This document shows positions 59,667 to 64,000 of a stretch of 64,000 nucleotides of DNA, piece by piece. The notes under the pieces are model-generated. The model had not been told where the DNA came from. It saw nothing but the letters and a program-made list of their open reading frames with translations, and searched no databases. The position numbers and the translations under genes were made by a program. Within the stretch, counting starts at the first letter, position 1. Each line of letters starts with the position of its first letter. The stretch spans positions 6,942 to 70,941 of the forward strand of contig JAFGHB010000005.1 in assembly GCA_016930255.1 (NCBI GenBank), written 5' to 3'. This stretch comes from Methanomicrobia archaeon. GTDB taxonomy: Archaea > Halobacteriota > Syntropharchaeia > Alkanophagales > Methanospirareceae.

Positions 59667-60108
59667 CTTTTTTACCCCCGTATCACCTTCTTAATATTTA
59701 AAAAGTTGAACCCGCTTAAAAAGTTTACGATTTTCTTCCGCTCTAAGTATATTTCACCTTTGCTACTGAAGTTTTTCCCTCTTGCTACTAAAGTCGGTCA
59801 TCTGCTCTTAAAGTCATGCGATTTTCAGACTTTTGGAGCAAAGCCGATCACCCCCAACTTCTGCACCTTAAATCAAGATTCTGCACTTTTAATCATCCAA
59901 AAAAGGTATTAAAAATGCAAAGCCGGAGAAGGCGATAACTACAATAATAAAAAACAGGATCATGCGTGGAGACAGCCCGGAGCCCAACCAAGCTGCACCA
60001 TGAATGACCTTTCTTTATGATTGAAATATAAGAAGAGCCAATGAAGAGCACACCCTATCCCCTACATGACTCTTCCTTTTCCTATTTCCTTTCCCCCTAT
60101 TCGCTTCG

Positions 60109-61722
60109 CTATGTCCGGCTTCGCCTCTGCCGCCACACGCTTGTACAGCCCGCGAGCGCGAGCAACCCAATCATGAGTACCGTTGCCGTTTCCGTGATCG
60201 GCACGCGAGGCACGGGACCCGGCGATTCGTAACACGGCACGGGACAGATCGGGCACGACCCGGAACAGGTCGATGCGCACGGCATGAGATCAGTCGGCAC
60301 GCACGGCGCAGGATCCGTCAAGAACGGGTCATAATCCACAGTACCCGTATTCTCGTTGATGCCCGCGGCGATGACCGTTGAATTATCCGTTCCCCAGTAG
60401 TTGTCTTCTGCTACTACAGCATCTGACTGAAAGTTGTCGAAGTTCCATTCCCAGCCCCCGATAGTCGCATTATACTCGCCGTTGGCCATGATAGTGTTAT
60501 TGCTGATGGTGTTGCCCGTGTTGTTGCCCGAGGATCCCCAGTCTAAGTAGAATCCTCGCTGTACGTTGTTCGCCACCAGGTTGCAGGTGATGCTGTTGTT
60601 GCTCGAAGTAAACAGGTGGATGCCAGCCCACCCGTTCGCGCTGACGTTGTTGCCCGTGAGCGTGTTGTTGCTCGAACCCCCCCACAGGTAGATGCCGTCC
60701 CATCCGTTCGCGCTGACGTCGTTGCCCGTGAGGGTATTGTTACTCGAATAAGACACCTGAATGCCATACCAAACCCCCTCGCTTGCGTCGTTGCCCGTGA
60801 GGGTATTGTTGTTGCTCGAATAATGCAGCAGGATATTGTCCGCGCCGTTCTCGTTGGCAGTGTTGCAGGAGAGCGTATTGTTGCTCGAATAATACAGGTA
60901 GATGCCGTCTTCCCCGTTCCCGTTGGCGGTATTGCAGGAGAGTTCGTTGTTGTTGCTGCCAGAAGACCAATAGTACGACACAGAGATGCCGTCCCCCCCG
61001 TTCCCGTTGGCGGTGTTGCCCGAGAGCGTGTTACTGCTCGAATCAAGCAGTGCGATGCCGTCCCCCCCGTTCCCGTTGGCGGTGTTGCACGTGAGTGTGT
61101 TGTTGCTGCTGCTCGACCACATGGACAACAGACAAATGCCGTCCCCCCCGTTCCCGTTGGCGGTGTTGCCCGAGAGCGTGTTGCTGCTCGAATCATACAG
61201 GAAGATGCCATACCCGGTGTAGTTGGCGGTGTTGCACGTGAGCGTGTTGTTGCTCGAATCATACAGGTAGATGCCTATGGAGTTCGAGCTTGCATTGTTA
61301 TTAAGAATGGCGCAGTGCTGCACGCCATCAAGATAAATCCCATACCCCTCTGTTGCCCCGGTCACGGTGAACCCACAGATGGTCACGTCATCCGCAGTCA
61401 CGTAGAAGACAATGTCTCCTGTGTCTGCAGCTTGAACCGTCGTTACAGCCGCGCCATTCTGAGACCGGATCATCAAACTCTTGTTTACCACCACGTTCTC
61501 GGTGTACGTGCCGTCATGCACGATGATGGTATCGCCGGGATTTGCCGCGTTCACAGCGGCTTGAATGCTGGTGTAGTCGCACCCGGAAGCGCAGACCGTG
61601 TAGGTCGTAGCCGCACTCGCACCCGCCGTGCACAGCACGAGCAGAAAGACGAGTAAAAACGCAGCCACAAGACTTCTTCTTAAAAGGGTGACTTTTACCC
61701 AGGGCGATCTACTTTCGCACAT
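60109..61722 (-). CDS. secreted parallel beta-helix (NosD) surface protein with Cys-rich linker and C-terminal TM sorting signal
   Basis: signal peptide, GCDYTSIQAAV, NTANGNG.DGI repeats, NYWG, VP..+TM+RQRR tail. Confidence 0.85.
   Translation of the reverse strand: MCESRSPWVKVTLLRRSLVAAFLLVFLLVLCTAGASAATTYTVCASGCDYTSIQAAVNAANPGDTIIVHDGTYTENVVVNKSLMIRSQNGAAVTTVQAADTGDIVFYVTADDVTICGFTVTGATEGYGIYLDGVQHCAILNNNASSNSIGIYLYDSSNNTLTCNTANYTGYGIFLYDSSSNTLSGNTANGNGGDGICLLSMWSSSSNNTLTCNTANGNGGDGIALLDSSSNTLSGNTANGNGGDGISVSYYWSSGSNNNELSCNTANGNGEDGIYLYYSSNNTLSCNTANENGADNILLHYSSNNNTLTGNDASEGVWYGIQVSYSSNNTLTGNDVSANGWDGIYLWGGSSNNTLTGNNVSANGWAGIHLFTSSNNSITCNLVANNVQRGFYLDWGSSGNNTGNTISNNTIMANGEYNATIGGWEWNFDNFQSDAVVAEDNYWGTDNSTVIAAGINENTGTVDYDPFLTDPAPCVPTDLMPCASTCSGSCPICPVPCYESPGPVPRVPITETATVLMIGLLALAGCTSVWRQRRSRT
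60900..61270 (-). repeat. intragenic tandem repeats (about 66-80 bp units) encoding beta-helix coils
   Basis: gccgtcccccccgttcccgttggcggtgttgc occurs three times, plus degenerate copies. Confidence 0.8.
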
Positions 61723-62020
61723 CTCCTCGTCATTACCCCTCAGCCCTTTGTTCACGCCCTTCTTTTTTTCTTTCGCTTTCACCTTTTTCCCTATCACCAG
61801 AAATAGGAGGTACGAGGCGCATATAAAAGCCTTTTGGAATTTTTTTCCGTGTCGCTGCCCCCCGCGGCGGATAGGGCATAAGGTCGACCTCACCGTGTTG
61901 AACGTTGGTTGGGGTATCTGTCTTGAATTGCCTTGAAACACGACTAAGAAGTTTCAGGATCACGCGTTTTAGTAAAAGACGGGATCCCCGTGATTTTTCT
62001 TTCCTCACCTAACCGATTAA

Positions 62021-62686
62021 TTATTGCGCACTCTCCAATAAATCGCTGACCACCGCGTCGTCAAACAGAATGAAGCCTTTTGTTAGCTTTGCAATGCCTT
62101 TAAAGAAATCGGCTTTCTCATAAGTGTAGAGCGCATCGCAGAACGTGGGCACCCATTTCAACATGTGCTCATCGAGAAACTCGCGCTGTAGTTTGAGACA
62201 TTCTATTAATCGTTTCTGGGTAGCCGCTGCTAATTCCTCCTCGCAGAGATAATGCATAAACTTGAGTTCAAATCCGATGTGATCTTCGAGGTCTGTATAC
62301 TCCCGTGATTTTGCGACACCTGCTTTCCTGTACGCTTGCTTTACCGCTACCAGCGGCTCACCCAGCCGCCTTCCACTCACCCACCAGGCCTCGTACGGCT
62401 CTACCGGGGGTCTAAAGGGTCCGACGAATAAGAGCGTATATTCCCCCCTCAACTCGTCATACAAAGTATCGATATCCTTGCCTTTGCTCTTCTCCATAAA
62501 CTCGTTCAATAACCGAAAACCCTCGAACAGCTCGGTATTTACGTCTAACGATTTGAACTCCTGAAACTGGAACCTTCCGTTCACCAAATCCGCTGCAAGT
62601 TCTCGTGCTGGCGCTTCCACATACATCCGAAATAAAAAGGCATAAAAGTTCCTTCTCGTCTCCAAAATTTCTTCTAGTTCGCTCAT
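62021..62686 (-). CDS. TorD/DmsD family molybdoenzyme maturation chaperone
   Basis: EY..LF.GP...PYE, EDHIG.EL.FM..L, FL.EH...W. Confidence 0.9.
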   Translation of the reverse strand: MSELEEILETRRNFYAFLFRMYVEAPARELAADLVNGRFQFQEFKSLDVNTELFEGFRLLNEFMEKSKGKDIDTLYDELRGEYTLLFVGPFRPPVEPYEAWWVSGRRLGEPLVAVKQAYRKAGVAKSREYTDLEDHIGFELKFMHYLCEEELAAATQKRLIECLKLQREFLDEHMLKWVPTFCDALYTYEKADFFKGIAKLTKGFILFDDAVVSDLLESAQ

Positions 62687-64000
62687 CTACTCCTTCTCTT
62701 CCTCCAACTTTTGTAATGATACCTCAACGGCTCTTACCGGTCTGCACTTTTGACAATACTTGAGCAGGTCTAATCGCTCCTCCACGTTGAGTTCGCCTTC
62801 ACCTTTACCCGCTTTTAGTATCTGTTTCATTCGTTCAAATGCGGATTTCGGCATAAATAGTTCTCCACATCCCGCACAGGCGACAAACTCGACTTCAACC
62901 AGTTTTTTGCTCCCCTCATCAACCAGTTGCGAAAAGTCAAGCACCCGCTTTAACGCAATTGCTTCTTCCGGACAGGCTTGCTGACACATACCGCAGGCAA
63001 TGCAGTCGCCGTATACAAAATCGATCTTATTCTCCGCCTTACTCAGCGCGTTTGTCGGGCACATGGTCACGCACGCATTGCAGAGCGTGCAGTTCGAATT
63101 GATAGCAACATCGGCAAACGGATACGATGTATTTTCCTCCCGTAACGTTGGATGCACACCGGCCTTCATACGAAGGCTCTGCATCAACGCTCTTAGAATA
63201 GCCCGTTTCGGTTCGGTGAAATCGATCTCTACGGGCTTCTTCTTTCTGATAGGCGAAGGGCTGAGTTTAGTGACAAAATCAGTAACCTTCTTCGCGAAAT
63301 CCTCCGCAGCGAACGGGGCATCATCCAGCAATAGCACACGATCTCCCAAACCGAAGGCGGATAAGGTCTTCTGCGCAAAGGTTACCGCAGATTCGATCTG
63401 TTCATGATGTTCATGGTGACCGTCCTCGCATGCCCACAGAATAACACCATCCGCTCCGCGTTCCAACGCGCTGAGTATGTGCGCCTCGGACACCATCTCA
63501 ACGGACGGCACGAAGAGAGGTACTACCGCGGGATAACGAAGCTTCTTCCTGCCAACTGCCGTGAGCTTTTCAACGTTCTCCATGTCCGCGAATAAGAGCA
63601 CGTTTGAGCGTAAATCCTCGGATAATAAGCTTTCTATTTGTGAATACAGTAGCTGATTGGGATAATCACGCAGTTGCGGAACTGATAAGGGACATAAAGA
63701 AGCGCAGAGTCCGCAGCCACGACAGCGCACAGCGCTGAACACCATCTTGACACCCTCCCGCGTGATTGCCTCGTACGGGCAGGGTAAACAATACTCACAC
63801 CCCATTAATTCGCTCCTGCCGCTTGCACAGCGCTTCAAATCCACTTCTAAATACTTCTCCACCCCTATTTCGCCCAAATTAGAAACTAAATCCTGCGCTT
63901 TCTTTAATGCATCTTCGTAATCGTCCGCTTTATAAATCCCGAAGTAGTTAGGCCCGTGCCAGTTCTTGTCAATCACGAGAATCTGTCCGACGTGCAACAC
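62687..64000 (-). CDS. polyferredoxin with FlpD-like domain, FDH-associated (5' part outside window)
   Basis: multiple CxxCxxCxxxCP motifs, GADGV segment; adjacent to TorD. Confidence 0.8.
   Translation of the reverse strand: MLHVGQILVIDKNWHGPNYFGIYKADDYEDALKKAQDLVSNLGEIGVEKYLEVDLKRCASGRSELMGCEYCLPCPYEAITREGVKMVFSAVRCRGCGLCASLCPLSVPQLRDYPNQLLYSQIESLLSEDLRSNVLLFADMENVEKLTAVGRKKLRYPAVVPLFVPSVEMVSEAHILSALERGADGVILWACEDGHHEHHEQIESAVTFAQKTLSAFGLGDRVLLLDDAPFAAEDFAKKVTDFVTKLSPSPIRKKKPVEIDFTEPKRAILRALMQSLRMKAGVHPTLREENTSYPFADVAINSNCTLCNACVTMCPTNALSKAENKIDFVYGDCIACGMCQQACPEEAIALKRVLDFSQLVDEGSKKLVEVEFVACAGCGELFMPKSAFERMKQILKAGKGEGELNVEERLDLLKYCQKCRPVRAVEVSLQKLEEEKE

Larger units (their letters stand above)
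58501..59924. mobile_element. non-autonomous IS5/IS903-like cassette carrying a PIN gene and a Panacea-like gene
   Basis: ends GGCTTTGC/GCAAAGCC; flanking 9-bp direct repeat GGAGAAGGC (58492-58500, 59925-59933); low GC; no transposase. Confidence 0.75.

Noticed and set aside
58500..59895. Short periodic repeats as a CRISPR array
   Set aside because: Units are 13 bp with 5-9 bp gaps, far from repeat-spacer dimensions, and there are no cas genes.
60616..61656. Long antisense and alternative-frame ORFs over the beta-helix gene (and similar shadow ORFs elsewhere, e.g. 15165-15932, 841-1473)
   Set aside because: Shadow frames arising from codon bias and repeats of well-supported genes.

Overview
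This is a 64 kb archaeal chromosome segment, most consistent with an F420-using methane/alkane-oxidising lineage of the Methanophagales (ANME-1)/Syntropharchaeia type (inferred from gene content: TBP, pelota, S19e, cofG, Archaeoglobus-order Fqo operon, HdrABC-MvhD-FdhB-like cluster). It carries housekeeping genes, a DUF134/Mrp/NifX/NifU metal-cluster operon, a complete F420H2:quinone oxidoreductase (fqoJKMLNA-BCD-HIF) and a soluble heterodisulfide reductase cluster. It also has a Tat system next to a Tat-exported formate dehydrogenase with a DmsC-type anchor, an extracellular CcdA/thioredoxin/rhodanese pair and two beta-helix surface proteins. Four features are not in the ORF track. (1) A transposase-less 1.4 kb mobile cassette (58501-59924) has IS903-like GGCTTTGC ends and a 9-bp target duplication, and carries a convergent PIN/Panacea-like toxin-antitoxin pair. 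(2) Two cargo cassettes are bracketed by duplicated gene 3' ends (pelota; type IIG R-M C-terminus). (3) A tandem secY paralog is decaying. (4) A shared palindromic operator and several small ORFs are present. No tRNA, rRNA or CRISPR array was seen.
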